A program made the position numbers and the translations under genes. A DNA stretch of 38,512 nucleotides from Octopus bimaculoides (taxonomy: Eukaryota): positions 25,241,304 through 25,279,815 of the forward strand of contig NC_068986.1 of assembly GCF_001194135.2 (NCBI RefSeq). The letters are read 5' to 3'. How positions within the stretch are numbered: position 1 is the stretch's first letter; every line of letters starts with the position of its first letter. This document shows positions 1-12,347 of this stretch, piece after piece. The notes below the pieces were generated by a model. That model was not told where the DNA came from and searched no databases. It was given only the letters and a program-made list of their open reading frames with translations.

Positions 1-930
1 CCCCCCTCCCAAAACACTTTCACCAAAAATGTTGGTATATTCGGAATCTACATAATAGATAATATATGCATAGAAAATTTCATACACAAATATTCATTTT
101 TCTGAAAGTTATGACCTTCCAAAGTCGTGGGGTACAACCCTGTAGTTATGCCGCATATTCTCCCAGTTATATTTAATTATATTTTGTTTTTGTTATTTAC
201 ATTTTTAGGGGCTCCCTTCTATGTAATCCCGCACCGTATCGTCCCCCATTGTTTTTATCAGCCATTAGTGATTGATTAACTCCCCGGCTATAGTCGTACT
301 TCATGCTTCGTAACCTAATCTAGTTCTATAAAGTAACCCTAAATGTACATAGCTCTAAATCTCAGAAAACTTAAACATTTTATTGAATGACAGGGGACGT
401 AACTCTGTTAATTACTATATTAATTGCTCGAAATAGCTACTTTTTCCTTTTCTTCCCGCAATAATAGTAATTGATGTGAAAAAAACAACAAAAAAAACAA
501 CTGAATTCATTGCGGGAGATGGAGATACAAATAGAATTCTAGTATTGGTCGTGGCGGACTTTCGGAAAAGCTGCCTCATATAAGTTGGATTTTTTTCGTT
601 TTGGTCGTGATTTCATCACTTTTTATTTGTTACACTTTTCAAAATAATAGCGAAGGAGATTAATGCTTGTGGAGAATTTTATTTTTTTATCGTTGCTTTG
701 GAACGACAATCAACTCCAAAATGAGATATATTTCGTTATTTTCTGCTATTTTATCGTATTCCACACGCTAAACACAGGAAATTAGCATAAAAAACATCTC
801 ATCTCTGCCTCTGCCTGCTTTATTGTACCATTCACAGAGGAAAAGAAATAAAAATTCAAACGTGACAAGTAAATGCGTGAAAAACAAGACTAGAATTTTG
901 AAAGAAGTTTCTATCCATAATTCGATAATT
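1..930. promoter_or_regulatory. CpG-retaining region, possible promoter of an unidentified gene
   Basis: Manual count of about 27 CpG in 930 AT-rich nt versus about 5 in 2881-4260. No ORF or strand assignable. Confidence 0.35.
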
Positions 931-2245
931 TCAGCCTTTTTAAAATGTAGAAAAGAATTTTCAATATTTTTTTCTTTTTTTTTTAATTGAAAAGTATAAT
1001 AGTCCTAAATAAAACGGTACATTTATTTCTGTTTTTGTCTTGTGTGGGAAATGATTTAAAAAATGGTGTATAAAATTAAATTTGATGGGGATTATGTCAA
1101 AGTAAATCAAGTAGATGTTAATATATTCTTGTTTTTCACTTGCTTTAATTTTGAAGTGGAGAAATTTCAACTTATGTGGGATAGCTGTTCAAAAAATCTG
1201 CCCAGGTCGTATGATGTGCAGATCTGCTTGAGTGACTGTAAAAGGTGCTGCCAGGAAAGTAACTAGATATGATTTACTTGCCTATGGCAGTTGTTTCCAA
1301 CTCCATTCCCAATCACAAGTAAATTATGAGTTTATCATGCATGCAGACCCCATTTCAGCCAATCAGATCGTTTTGTTCTTGTGATAAGTTCTAGAACTTC
1401 TCTTCAATGGAGGCCTTAAATACAGAGGCTTTTAGTGCAAAAGAAAAAAGCAGAGGGAATTCAGATTTTGTTGAATTAGTTTTGGGTGAATTTTCTCTCT
1501 GATGGCTGTTTTCACAGCTTCATACTCAAACCAGCGCAGTTCTCCTAGTAGTTGTTTTCACAGCTCTATGCACAACCCAAAGATGGATGAAGAATCAATT
1601 GCAGCCATGTGAAAAATCAGCCTAATTATAAATTATCTGTTGAAGAACTCCAGTACCTGTATAAAAAGAGACGATGAGCGATGGCTAGAGAAATATTGAG
1701 CTTTATTTAACAACCAGTTTATCTAGCAAGTGGGGCCTCATATCAGTGAGGGGGGGGGCCGGTGCGCATTGATGCCGTTGATAGGTAGGCCCCGAATCGG
1801 CATGCATTCTCTCCTGATGACCCCATACACTTGCTGGCTTCCGGTATACAGAGTTCTCGACTGGTAGCACTTGCATGTGCAAGTTGTTTGCAAGGCATTT
1901 ATGGAAACCAGAATAAGCTCCTTCCTGATGGGCTGTTAGCTCAAGATAATCTTTACCTTTTAACTTATCTTACCTAAATCCATGCAAATTGATTTAGAAT
2001 CAATGGAACAACATCAGTTGTTAATCTCTGTTGATCAATGCAAACACATTGTCCTTATAACCAGTTATAATTTTTTCACATAACTTGAAGTCCTTAAATA
2101 AGTTCAGTGACTGCTAGAAATGGGAGACAAATGTAAACTGTTTATGTTTATTACACAAGTTGTATTTAATTATTTATATTAATCAAAAAAACTTTGAACC
2201 CAAATAACTCATATGACCAATTGTATTATTAAGTTATTGATATTA

Positions 2246-2438
2246 AGGTGGTGAGCTGGCAGAATTGTTAGCATGCCAGGTGCAGGAGTGGCTATGTGGT
2301 AAGTAGCTTGCTTACCAACCACTTGGTTCCGGGTTCAGTCCCACTGCGTGGCACCTTGGGCAAGTGTCTTCTACTATAGCCTCGGACCGATCAAAGCCTT
2401 GAGTAGATTTGGTAGACGGAAACTGAAAGAAGCCCATC

Positions 2439-2494
<56 letters not shown>

Positions 2495-2888
2495 GTGTGT
2501 GTGTGTTTGTGTTTGTCCCCCCCAACATTGCTTGACAACCGATGCTGGTGTGTTTAGGTCCCCCGTAACTTAGCGGTTCGGCAAAAGAGACTGATAGCAT
2601 AAGTACTAGGCTTACAAAGAATAAGTCCTGGGTGTCAATTTGCTTAACTATAAAGGCGGTGCTCCAGCATGGCTGCAGTCAAATGACAAACAAGTTAGAG
2701 TATACCAGGCAAAAAATGCTTGGGGAAATTTCATGTCTTTACATTCTGAGTTCAAATTCCACCAAGGTCAACTTCGCTGTTCATCTTTTCAGAATCAATA
2801 AAATGAGTACCAGTTGAATACTAGGGTTGACATAACCAACTTACCCCCTCTCCAGAAATTGCTGGCCTTGTGCCAAAATTTGAAACCA
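2246..2888 (+). mobile_element. SINE family B (ggtgagctggcagaa...ctgagttcaaattcc...aagtaccag) split by a family A copy
   Basis: Head 2246-2280 and body 2710-2888 join into the family seen intact at 32323-32534. Confidence 0.7.
2281..2694 (+). mobile_element. SINE family A (tRNA-like head, CORE-like ccttgggcaagtg block, internal (TA)n/(TG)n, conserved 3' half)
   Basis: Full-length copy; at least eight homologous copies in the window. Confidence 0.85.
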
Positions 2889-3328
2889 TTATGTTATTGA
2901 TATGATGTGCATAAATTGAATGTGTAGCCTGATTAAAAATTTTTTTTTTTTAACCACCCTTTGATACCCCTTTGCATATACATAACTACCCTTGAAGGAT
3001 AGGTAACATTTAATGTATCAAATTCAGTATTGAAGCTGTAGGAGGTGGGTTGATGGTGGCTGTCTACTGCAAGTGATGCTTTTAAAGGAGTGACACTTTC
3101 AGAGGGAAAACACTGCAATGTGCTGTATTTTTTTTTTGTGGGCGACCTGGTGTGGCAGTGGATGCAACAAATTCAAGGGCTGCCTTAGGCAGCACACTCT
3201 CTTGCTATGCTACTGAACAAATCCTCAGTTTGACTCCTTTTTAATCTAAGCAAACTTCAGACATAAATATCTGAATGAATTGATGACTTTTTAGATTTGA
3301 GGGTCTGCATTATATGTCTAGCTCTATA

Positions 3329-3475
3329 CAAGGGGGTGCTGAAAAGTTCCTCGCTTTGAGGGTATCACAGAAGGCCTGGTTGGAGGCCCAACCTTCCAAA
3401 TTCTTCTACAGGGCTTAGGAAAACTGAAGGACTGCTGCAATAAGTGTGAATCTGAGAGGGGAATGTGACAAGGCT
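3329..3475 (+). mobile_element. One-ended fragment of the same mariner family
   Basis: GGGTGCTGAAAAGTTCCT end plus gaaggactgctgcaataagtgtg, both shared with the 37768-38198 copy. Confidence 0.65.
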
Positions 3476-4266
3476 GGCCTTTTGACTCACAGGTACAACT
3501 CACTTTTGCCAGGAGCAACATAAAATGAAGTATCTTGTTTAAGGAGACAACACAGTCAAGTATCAAACTCACAACCTTATGATCATAAGCCAAATATCCT
3601 AATCACTAATCCACACTCCTTCACTGGTTGATTAAATAGTTTTGGACAAATATTGGGCTTGGTGGTACCAACTAAGCCCTTCCTGTAAAATTACTGACCT
3701 TGTATCTAAATGAGTTCTGGCTTTTTTCATTTGAACATCAGGTCAAACTAGCATTCTTGTAATCCTCTTGTCCCTTACAAATTATAGAATGCTTACTTTT
3801 GGTGCTTTTATTTTCAGGAAATTAAAAGCTGGTCGCAATTTGAGTTTGGAAATGAATAGTGTATAGAAAGAAAACCAAAGAAAAGGTTACATTTGTCGAA
3901 AGAGGATAATATGTACCTGTTGAATAAAAGATATTAAAGACTGCAAGATTGACTAGCATGTATTCTTAGATATTGATACACATGTTCATTTGAATCTATA
4001 GAATTCCTTTTTTTGAATTCCCTTAAAATGTAGGTCATAGACTGATTGATTTATTTGTTTGAAAACATCTCCATTAAGTTACAATTATGCTTGCAGTGTT
4101 CATCAAAGTGGATCAATTCTAGCTAGCTGTATATACTCATTAAATAAAGGTAAAACCTAATTACTCTACCAACCTCTTTCAGCTACCGGTTTATAATTTA
4201 TTTTGAAGTATATATCAAGTTTGCAGTTTTTGCAGTTTCTCTGATTTTTTTTTTTTTTTTTTTTTT

Positions 4267-5260
4267 NNNNNNNNNNNNNNNNNNNNNNNNNNNNNNNNNN
4301 NNNNNNNNNNNNNNNNNNNNNNNNNNNNNNNNNNNNNNNNNNNNNNNNNNNNNNNNNNNNNNNNNNNNNNNNNNNNNNNNNNNNNNNNNNNNNNNNNNNN
4401 NNNNNNNNNNNNNNNNNNNNNNNNNNNNNNNNNNNNNNNNNNNNNNNNNNNNNNNNNNNNNNNNNNNNNNNNNNNNNNNNNNNNNNNNNNNNNNNNNNNN
4501 NNNNNNNNNNNNNNNNNNNNNNNNNNNNNNNNNNNNNNNNNNNNNNNNNNNNNNNNNNNNNNNNNNNNNNNNNNNNNNNNNNNNNNNNNNNNNNNNNNNN
4601 NNNNNNNNNNNNNNNNNNNNNNNNNNNNNNNNNNNNNNNNNNNNNNNNNNNNNNNNNNNNNNNNNNNNNNNNNNNNNNNNNNNNNNNNNNNNNNNNNNNN
4701 NNNNNNNNNNNNNNNNNNNNNNNNNNNNNNNNNNNNNNNNNNNNNNNNNNNNNNNNNNNNNNNNNNNNNNNNNNNNNNNNNNNNNNNNNNNNNNNNNNNN
4801 NNNNNNNNNNNNNNNNNNNNNNNNNNNNNNNNNNNNNNNNNNNNNNNNNNNNNNNNNNNNNNNNNNNNNNNNNNNNNNNNNNNNNNNNNNNNNNNNNNNN
4901 NNNNNNNNNNNNNNNNNNNNNNNNNNNNNNNNNNNNNNNNNNNNNNNNNNNNNNNNNNNNNNNNNNNNNNNNNNNNNNNNNNNNNNNNNNNNNNNNNNNN
5001 NNNNNNNNNNNNNNNNNNNNNNNNNNNNNNNNNNNNNNNNNNNNNNNNNNNNNNNNNNNNNNNNNNNNNNNNNNNNNNNNNNNNNNNNNNNNNNNNNNNN
5101 NNNNNNNNNNNNNNNNNNNNNNNNNNNNNNNNNNNNNNNNNNNNNNNNNNNNNNNNNNNNNNNNNNNNNNNNNNNNNNNNNNNNNNNNNNNNNNNNNNNN
5201 NNNNNNNNNNNNNNNNNNNNNNNNNNNNNNNNNNNNNNNNNNNNNNNNNNNNNNNNNNNN
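4267..5260. other. Assembly gap (others: 13283-13915, 21673-21682, 23752-23992, 29014-29023, 33140-33232)
   Basis: Runs of N. Confidence 1.
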
Positions 5261-5414
5261 AGATCTAGCCTCTCACACCTACCCTAGAATGTCATTCTAA
5301 AAGTATACAGTCACATCATTGAAATCTCAGATCTACAAGATAATGCATGATTAATTCAAAACAATATGAATGAAGAAGCATTACATTTGATAGTACAATC
5401 TAAATGCTAAAGGG
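5261..5414 (+). mobile_element. Same piggyBac-like MITE, left part lost in gap
   Basis: Shares ctctcacacctaccct...gtcattctaaaa...atgctaaagggtt with the 14692 copy. Confidence 0.7.
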
Positions 5415-5441
5415 TTATACTAGTTTTTTACTGAATTCTTC

Positions 5442-5822
5442 GTGGAGGCGCAATGGCCCAGTGGTTAGGGTAGCAGACTTGCGGTCGTAGGATCGCAGTT
5501 TCGATTCCCAGACTGGGCGTTATGAGTGTTTATTGAGCCAAAACACCTAAAAGCTCCGAGGCTCCAGCAGGGGATGGTGGTGAACACTGCTGTACTCTTT
5601 CACCACAACTTTCTCTCACTCTTACTTCTTGTTTCTGTTGTGCCTGTAATTCAAAGGGTCAGCCTTGTCACACTGTGTCACGCTGAATATCCCCGAGAAC
5701 TACGTTAAGGGTACACGTGTCTGTGGAGTGCTCAGCCACTTGCACGTTAATTTCACGAGCAGGCTGTTCCGTTGATCGGATCAACTGCAACCCTCGACGT
5801 CGTAAGTGACGGAGTGCCAACA
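5442..5822 (+). mobile_element. SINE family E, full length, tRNA-derived
   Basis: A box tggcccagtgg, B box gtttcgattcc; 12-bp TSD ACTGAATTCTTC (5430-5441, 5823-5834). Confidence 0.9.
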
Positions 5823-6269
5823 ACTGAATTCTTCAATTTTTTAAAAATTCATTGACACAAATGCTGTGTATTTTGAAAGAAATATAACACAAGGGTTAAC
5901 TCATTGATTACTTTTGTAATTAATAATGGATCTAAAATGTGTTCATTACACTAAATTTGCTTGTCTATGTGATTCAAGCTTATTCAACCATGAAAAAAAG
6001 TATTATTGAGTAACAAGTATTTGTGTCAAAAGTACTTTAAATTATTCTATTTTTGACAAGTATTAATTTACTTGAACATAATTACATATATTTTGGTTTC
6101 ATGTCACAAATGAAGATTTTAAGGAAATTTCAGCATTGAATTCTTACAGGGAAATTAGATTTATTATGGTTTTATTTATTAGCTGGATATTTTGTGTGTG
6201 TGTATGAAGTAAATTCTAAGTAATACTATAAAAACTAGTTGTTATTTTACAGAGTGTAATTTCAATAAC

Positions 6270-6612
6270 CTTGAATCTTTTCTTTTGGTCATTTGACTGT
6301 GACAATCCTGAGGCATTGTCTTGAAGACTTTGGTCAAAAAAATTGACCCCAATACTTATGTTAATTTTTAAAGTCTGGTACTCGTTCTCTCTCTCTCTTT
6401 TACTGAAGATCAATCACTGGTATATGTATGTGTGTATATATATATATATTCACACACACCAGATAGGCTTCTACACAATTTCTGTCTGCTGAATTCATTC
6501 AGGATGCATGGGTTGGGTTGGCTATACTAGAAACACTTGCCCAAAGTGCCATGCATTGAGACTGAACCAGAGACAACATGGTTACAAAGCAAGCTTCCTA
6601 ACCACACAACTG
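6270..6612 (-). mobile_element. Old degenerate SINE family A copy
   Basis: ggtcatttgactgtg tail remnant and acacttgcccaaagtgcc...accacacaac head remnant. Confidence 0.55.
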
Positions 6613-6926
6613 TTCCAGCGCATGCAAGGGGATGGGGTTGGAAATTTGTATTAAATTGATCAAATTTAATTTTGGTTGTCATTGTTTGTTTAGCCCAGGG
6701 CACCTCTGATACAGTAGACTTATGATCAAAGAGCATTCTAGCTATGATCAGATGATCATTTGTCCAACCCTAGAATCCTGTCAAAAGTACTTTCTGTTTT
6801 GAAGTGTTGGATTAATCTGTTCCTTGGTTTAATTCCATCCTGCAAAGAAAAGGTGCCAAAGATAAGATTGTCAGTATTTCTATGTTGTCTGTTTAAACTG
6901 GTTGTTTACAATAACCGAAATTTTAA

Positions 6927-7534
6927 TGAGTTAGCAGTTAAACTGGCCATATCCGGTCCAAATATTCTACATGTTTTATGTTCAAACCAACTACACTCAG
7001 CTTCTCTACCTTACAATGTCATTCTAAAAACAAACAATCAGGAGTGGCTGTGTGGTAAGTAGCTTGCTTACCAATCACATGGTTCCAGGTTCATTCCCAC
7101 AGCGTGACACCTTGGGCAAGTGTCTTCTACTATAGCCTCGGGCCGACCAAAGCCTTGTGAGTGGATTTGGTAGACGGAAACTGAAAGAAGCCCGTTGTAT
7201 ATATGTATATATATATATATGTTTGCGTGTCTGTGTTTGTCCCCCCACCATCGCTTGACAACCGATGCTGGTGTGTTTACATCCCCATAACTTAGTGGTT
7301 CAGCACAAAGAGACCGATAGAATAAGAACTAGGCTTACAAAGAATAAGTCCTGGGGGCAATTTGCTCGACTAAAGGCGGTGCTCCAGCATGGCCGCAGTC
7401 AAATGACTGAAACTAGTAAAAGAGAGAGAGAGTAATCATATCATTGATATCTCATAACCAAGAGATAATCCATGATTAATGGAAAACAATGTCAATAAAT
7501 GAGTATTACATTTGGTAGATTAAATGTTGAAGAG
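6927..7534 (+). mobile_element. Same piggyBac-like MITE, interrupted by a SINE (7041-7433)
   Basis: Both halves match the family; the SINE is flanked by AATCA. Confidence 0.7.
7041..7433 (+). mobile_element. SINE family A, full length
   Basis: High identity to 2281-2694; AATCA flanks. Confidence 0.85.
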
Positions 7535-8062
7535 TTAAAATCTGTTCTTTCTTTTTTTTTGTTTTTAATCACTAGTCAACTAGCTACTGATAAAAACTTA
7601 ATGTATCTACCAGAAACCTGAATAGCAAGTTACTGATATCACCAATCTTTGACAGAATCCTATTAAAGTGTTTAGTTGTTTGTACTTCTGAGCCCAGTCA
7701 GTTCCTTGGTAGTGAGTTGGCATTTAGGACTTTGCCAGGATTCCTGTTACACCCAGGAAACCCATCAAAGGACCTGTTTCTGTTTTGGAGTGGTAGGTTA
7801 GTCTGTTGCTTGGCTTAGCACCAACATTTGATTCTTGGTCCCTTTTAACTGTCTGCTCTATTACAAGTGTTTGGACCAGGTCTCTGGTCTAAGAATAACT
7901 TCTCTTCATCTTGCCCATCTCAGAGATTCTGGAATAGATCATGGTTCTATTATTTCTCTGATTAAACCATGCAAAAAATAACTTTTTAAACTTTTATTTC
8001 TGAGATGTCTGACGTTATTGATGTAATTCTGTGATCACTACTTAAACCATTGTTACCAAATT

Positions 8063-8170
8063 TCCGGGTTCAATCTCACTGTGTAGCATCTTGGGTAAGT
8101 GTCTTCTATAGCCTCAGGCTGATCAAAGCCTCGTGAGTGGATTTGGTAGATGGAAACTGAAAGAAGCCCG

Positions 8171-8224
<54 letters not shown>

Positions 8225-8440
8225 GTATATGTTTGTGTGTCTGTGTTAGTCCCCCCAGCATCACTTGACAACTGATGTTGGTGTGTTTACGTCCCTGTAA
8301 CTAAGTGGTTTGGCAGAAGAGACCAATACAATAAGTACAAGGCTTGCAAAGAATAAGTCCTGGGGTCGATTTGCTCATCTAAAGGTGGTGCTCCAGCATG
8401 ACCGCAATCAAATGTCTGAAACAAATAAAAGAATAAAGGA
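8063..8440 (+). mobile_element. SINE family A, 5'-truncated
   Basis: Homology to the other copies; internal (TA)n at about 8172-8230. Confidence 0.8.
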
Positions 8441-8969
8441 ACGTCTTTGTGGTTTTATGTATGTATGTGTGTTTCTGTGTATATATGTGTCTATGTGATT
8501 GTGTGGGTATTTGTCTTTGTGTTAGTATGTTTGTATATGCATCTGTGTGTGCGTTCATCTATTTGTCTGTGTGTGTTTATGTGTATATGGGGATGGGCGT
8601 ACATTACATTAGTATTTATACTACATTTGTCTTTTAATCACTGTCCCCTTGTTTGCCCCTGTTTGGTAATTGAATGGCTTATTATTAAGGATAGTTTAAA
8701 ATATTTTGATCTATAGATATAATTCCTACTTGCTTTTGAAATACTATACACATCATTTATTCATTCTTTTACATGTATTTTTATTAATTTTTTAATTCAT
8801 TGTTTTACATGCATTTTGCCATGCGGCCAACGATTGAATTGTTGTAGTTTTTCATTGTGATACTCTCAACAGAAACCTATTAATCTTTATTGTGTACAAG
8901 TACAGCTAGCTGTCACTTATGAGAAGGTATGGCTTGGTGACATGTACCTAACTAACTGACAGTTTATCA

Positions 8970-9282
8970 GTTACAACAACAAGGGTTCCAGTTGATCTGA
9001 TCAACGGAACAGCCTGCTTGTGACATTAACATGTATGTATGTAGCTGAGTGCTCCACAGACACATGTACTCTTAACATAGTTTTTTGGGAGATTCAGCAT
9101 GACACTGAGTGTCACAAGGCTGGCCCTTTGAAATACAGGTACTACTCATTTTTGCCAGCTGAGTGGACTGGAACATGAAATAAAGTTTCTTGCTCAAAGA
9201 CACAATGCTTCACCTGGAATTGAACTCAAGACCTTGTGATCGTGAACTGAATACCCTAACCACTAAGCCACACGCCTTCACT
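8970..9282 (-). mobile_element. SINE family E
   Basis: Reverse-complement homology to 5442-5822. Confidence 0.75.
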
Positions 9283-10601
9283 TGACATGTACCATGTTTT
9301 CACCAATTGTTTTAGATACTTGGATAGCCAAGAACTCACAAGGCATTGAACAGCCCAAATCTATAATAAAAGTTACCTGCTCAAGGTGCCATGCTGTGGG
9401 ATTGAACTCAAAACTACATAGTTACAAATTGGGTTTCTTAACCACACAGCTGTGGCTATTAAGAATTATTTTAAAATTCAACTTTTGATTAAGATATTTT
9501 GCTTCCTTCATTATTCAAATTTTTATTTTACTAAAACTGTTTGCTTCAAACTATAAATAAATTTTTTGTATCACAATAATGGAATAGCTGTAAGTAACAT
9601 AAAATTATTTTCTCCTAAAAGTAACTTTGGTATAAATAGTTTGTTACTCTAATGCCATAGTTAATTTTCTTTGCTGATAAGAAACTACAAAAGAAAAAAA
9701 GAAACACAACAAAAAGTCAGTACTTATTTTTACTTTTGGTAACCACAACTAGCATTATTATTACATTTATTTTTGTACTATTTATGTTGAATGAGTAACC
9801 AGTTTTCTGACTAGCAATTTTCCTTTTGTTCTCATTCCAGTAGCTGATTGTACTTATCTGAACAGCAACAGCTATGATTATGAGTAGATAATACTGGGAC
9901 ACATTTTACATCACATACTAAGTCTCTTAACAGTCTTCATAAACTGTCCGACTATAATTTATTTCATAGTGATAGCAATCTGACTGAAGAAAGGAATGTT
10001 TGAAGCCAAAGGCTTCTTTCGAGCTTTTATATTGATGTTTACTCTGAAAAAAACAGTCGGATAGCTAGCTTTTGTGCATGTCTCTCTCATCGTGAAACTA
10101 ACATTCCCACCAAGAGATACTTTTATTCATCCTAGTCCCTGCACATGAAAGGAATCATTTTTGGTACACCTCTACAGTATAATAATTTGTTGGGCTACTC
10201 AAATTTTATATCATTCAAGTGGTAATTATTTTGAAAGTAAAATACCTTTACAAACTCCTTCAACATGACTTCTCCATCCTCTGTAGATGTAGGTTCTTTA
10301 AAACCAGGATACGTTCAAACATTCCATTCAGTTGGTAAGTTATAGAATTTATTACATATTTACTTGAATAAATGACTGAAAATATATGAAGTCCTTTTTT
10401 TTCTAAGTCATTGATTTCAAATAATAATGTCAGCATCAATTACAGGAGGGTAATAATTGGGGATTAATTCTAAATTATTATTCTTTAACCCTTGGTCATC
10501 CTTAATCAAACATGGCTAGAATATCTCTATTGGTATGATTATTACTTAGTGTGTATGTAAGACTACATTATTCAACATATCTTGCCTATTGATAATTTTG
10601 G

Positions 10602-10634
<33 letters not shown>

Positions 10635-10797
10635 CAGGCAGATTTTGAGGCTGTTATTTCTAGCATGTTGAGCAACTGGGTAAAGACCCCTGCTAGATTT
10701 GTAGCTTCCATGATGTGAAACATGTGATGGCTTTTTCTGGGTGTTGGGCTGAGTCTATCACAGTTATAATTTTTAGATCTGATCCCTATTTCCTTTA

Positions 10798-11498
10798 GGG
10801 CTTTCCTATAAGGTGTTATCCACCCCTGATTGGAACTCTCCCGTATGACATGTACGCATGCTCAGTGACTTGCTTGAACAGTTACAATCAGCTGAATGCA
10901 CATTGCCAGTGACATTTGACATAATTACCCACTCTCTGTGGTCAGGATTCTTTTTTTGGTTTGATGTCGGTATCGAAGGGATTACCAGACACCGGACAAT
11001 ACAGTGAGAGCAGCTTTCACTCACATCGTGGTATTCGATGCTGTGTACGTGTCTGTCGTGGTAAAATATGCCACTCCTTAACTGTTGCTTTGCTTTCATC
11101 CGTAGCCTGAGGTAATTATGTCATTATCTGTGAAATTCGCCAACTTACAAAGATCTTTAGATCAGGCAATACTTTACCGAGAGGAGATATAAGCTTCTGC
11201 TTATTCCTGTCTGAAGTATCGTCCGATGAATTTACTTTGTTGACATTCTTTATCGACAGAATTTTTATACCTTTCAACCTTTCAATCAAGTCCGCCTTTC
11301 TTCCAGTAACATACTGTCCATATAATCTTAAATATTTAAACTCAGGCACAGTAAGTACTTCGATAGCTGAATCATCAAGCTGCTTTATATCCATAAGACG
11401 TAAAACAATAACAATGGCGTGGGTTAGCCTCCGGAAGTTTAATTATCTACATGGAGCGCCGCCTAGCCAAGGGAGATAACCTGCTTATAGGAAAGCCC
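10798..11498 (-). mobile_element. 701-bp internally deleted TIR DNA transposon carrying a SAP-domain + SWIM-type zinc-finger ORF remnant (ISL2EU/PHIS-like accessory ORF)
   Basis: Perfect 15-bp terminal inverted repeats GGGCTTTCCTATAAG with TA on both flanks. Minus-strand frames give LTVPEFKYLRLYGQYVTGRKADLIERL (SAP) and REWVIMSNVTGNVHSADCNC (start of SWIM), broken by a frameshift and truncated. Confidence 0.75.
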
Positions 11499-11700
11499 TA
11501 TAACAAGCTGTTTAGGTAACCCCAAGTTCTGCAGAATGTCCTGCTCTAAGAAATGGGTGAGAAAACAAAAAGTTACTTTAAATGCAAGGGTGTCTCTCTT
11601 ATCCTCTCGAACATTTCATTTCCACCTCATTCATTAAGTATCTCTATACTAAATATTTTGTAAGAAAGTTGCAACAGGAAAAGAGAATAAATAAATAAAT

Positions 11701-11890
11701 AAATACAAGGGCCTGACCAGCCGCTATCAGTTTGTGCTGGTTGCCGTTGAGATCTCAACTGTTCTTGGACTCTGCACCACCATTTTCTTTCACAAAATTG
11801 GGATAACAGCAGCCCATCTGAGAAATGAGCTCCACTGCAGTGAGTGTCATTGGTCATTCTCTACAGCAATGCCATCACAGTCATGACCAC
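11701..11890 (+). mobile_element. Degenerate restriction-like-endonuclease (RLE; CRE-like) non-LTR retrotransposon C-terminal fragment
   Basis: KYKGLTSRYQFVLVAVEISTVLG, then after a frameshift LQ*VSLVILYSNAITVM; resembles the KY..L...FxPxAVETxGxxG and QRxSxAxxRGNA motifs. Confidence 0.55.
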
Positions 11891-11964
11891 GGGGGCATGG
11901 CTGAGCACACCATTTGTTCTAGAGTGTGTGGCCCATTGTCCTCTCCCCCCACCTTCTGCTGCTT

Positions 11965-12347
11965 AATCTCTTTACTCTCTCTATTTGTTTCAGTCATTTG
12001 ACTGTGGCCATGCTGGAGCACCGCCTTTAGTCGAGCAAATCGACCCCAGGACTTATTCTTTGGAAGCCTAGTACTTATTCTATCGGTCTCTTTTTGCTGA
12101 ACTGCTAAGTTACGGGGACGTAAACACACCACCATCGGTTGTCAATCAATGGCGGGGGGACAAGCACAGACACACAAACACATATATACGACGGGCTTCT
12201 TTCAGTTTCCGTCCACCAAATCCACTCGCAAGGCTTTGGTCGGCCCGAGGCTATAGTAGAAGACACTTACCCAAAGTGCCACGCAGTGGGACTGAACCCG
12301 GAACCATGTGGTTGATAAGCAAGCTACTTACCACACAACCACTCCCA
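11965..12347 (-). mobile_element. SINE family A, full length
   Basis: Reverse complement of the family sequence. Confidence 0.85.

Noticed and set aside
1063-1660. Exon-like sequence and Cys-containing ORF 1063..1266
   Set aside because: No recognisable domain; candidate splice boundaries on either strand give stops or no partner exon.
1740-1920. GC-richer patch with a minus-strand frame containing ERMHADSGP, faintly like a Gypsy integrase motif
   Set aside because: One short motif, no other integrase residues or LTRs.
2348-2600. ORFs with YIYIYI/VCVC tracts (also 8053-8716, 15286-15612, 33078-33302)
   Set aside because: Translations of microsatellites within SINEs.
5442-5520. tRNA-like sequence with A and B boxes (also 25232-25295 and 26245-26300)
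   Set aside because: These are SINE heads: each continues into a repeat body, one has a TSD, and none gives a full cloverleaf with a terminator.
9717-9902. Hydrophobic minus-strand ORF resembling a membrane-protein fragment
   Set aside because: Hydrophobicity is explained by AT-rich codons; no family motif or compatible neighbouring exons.
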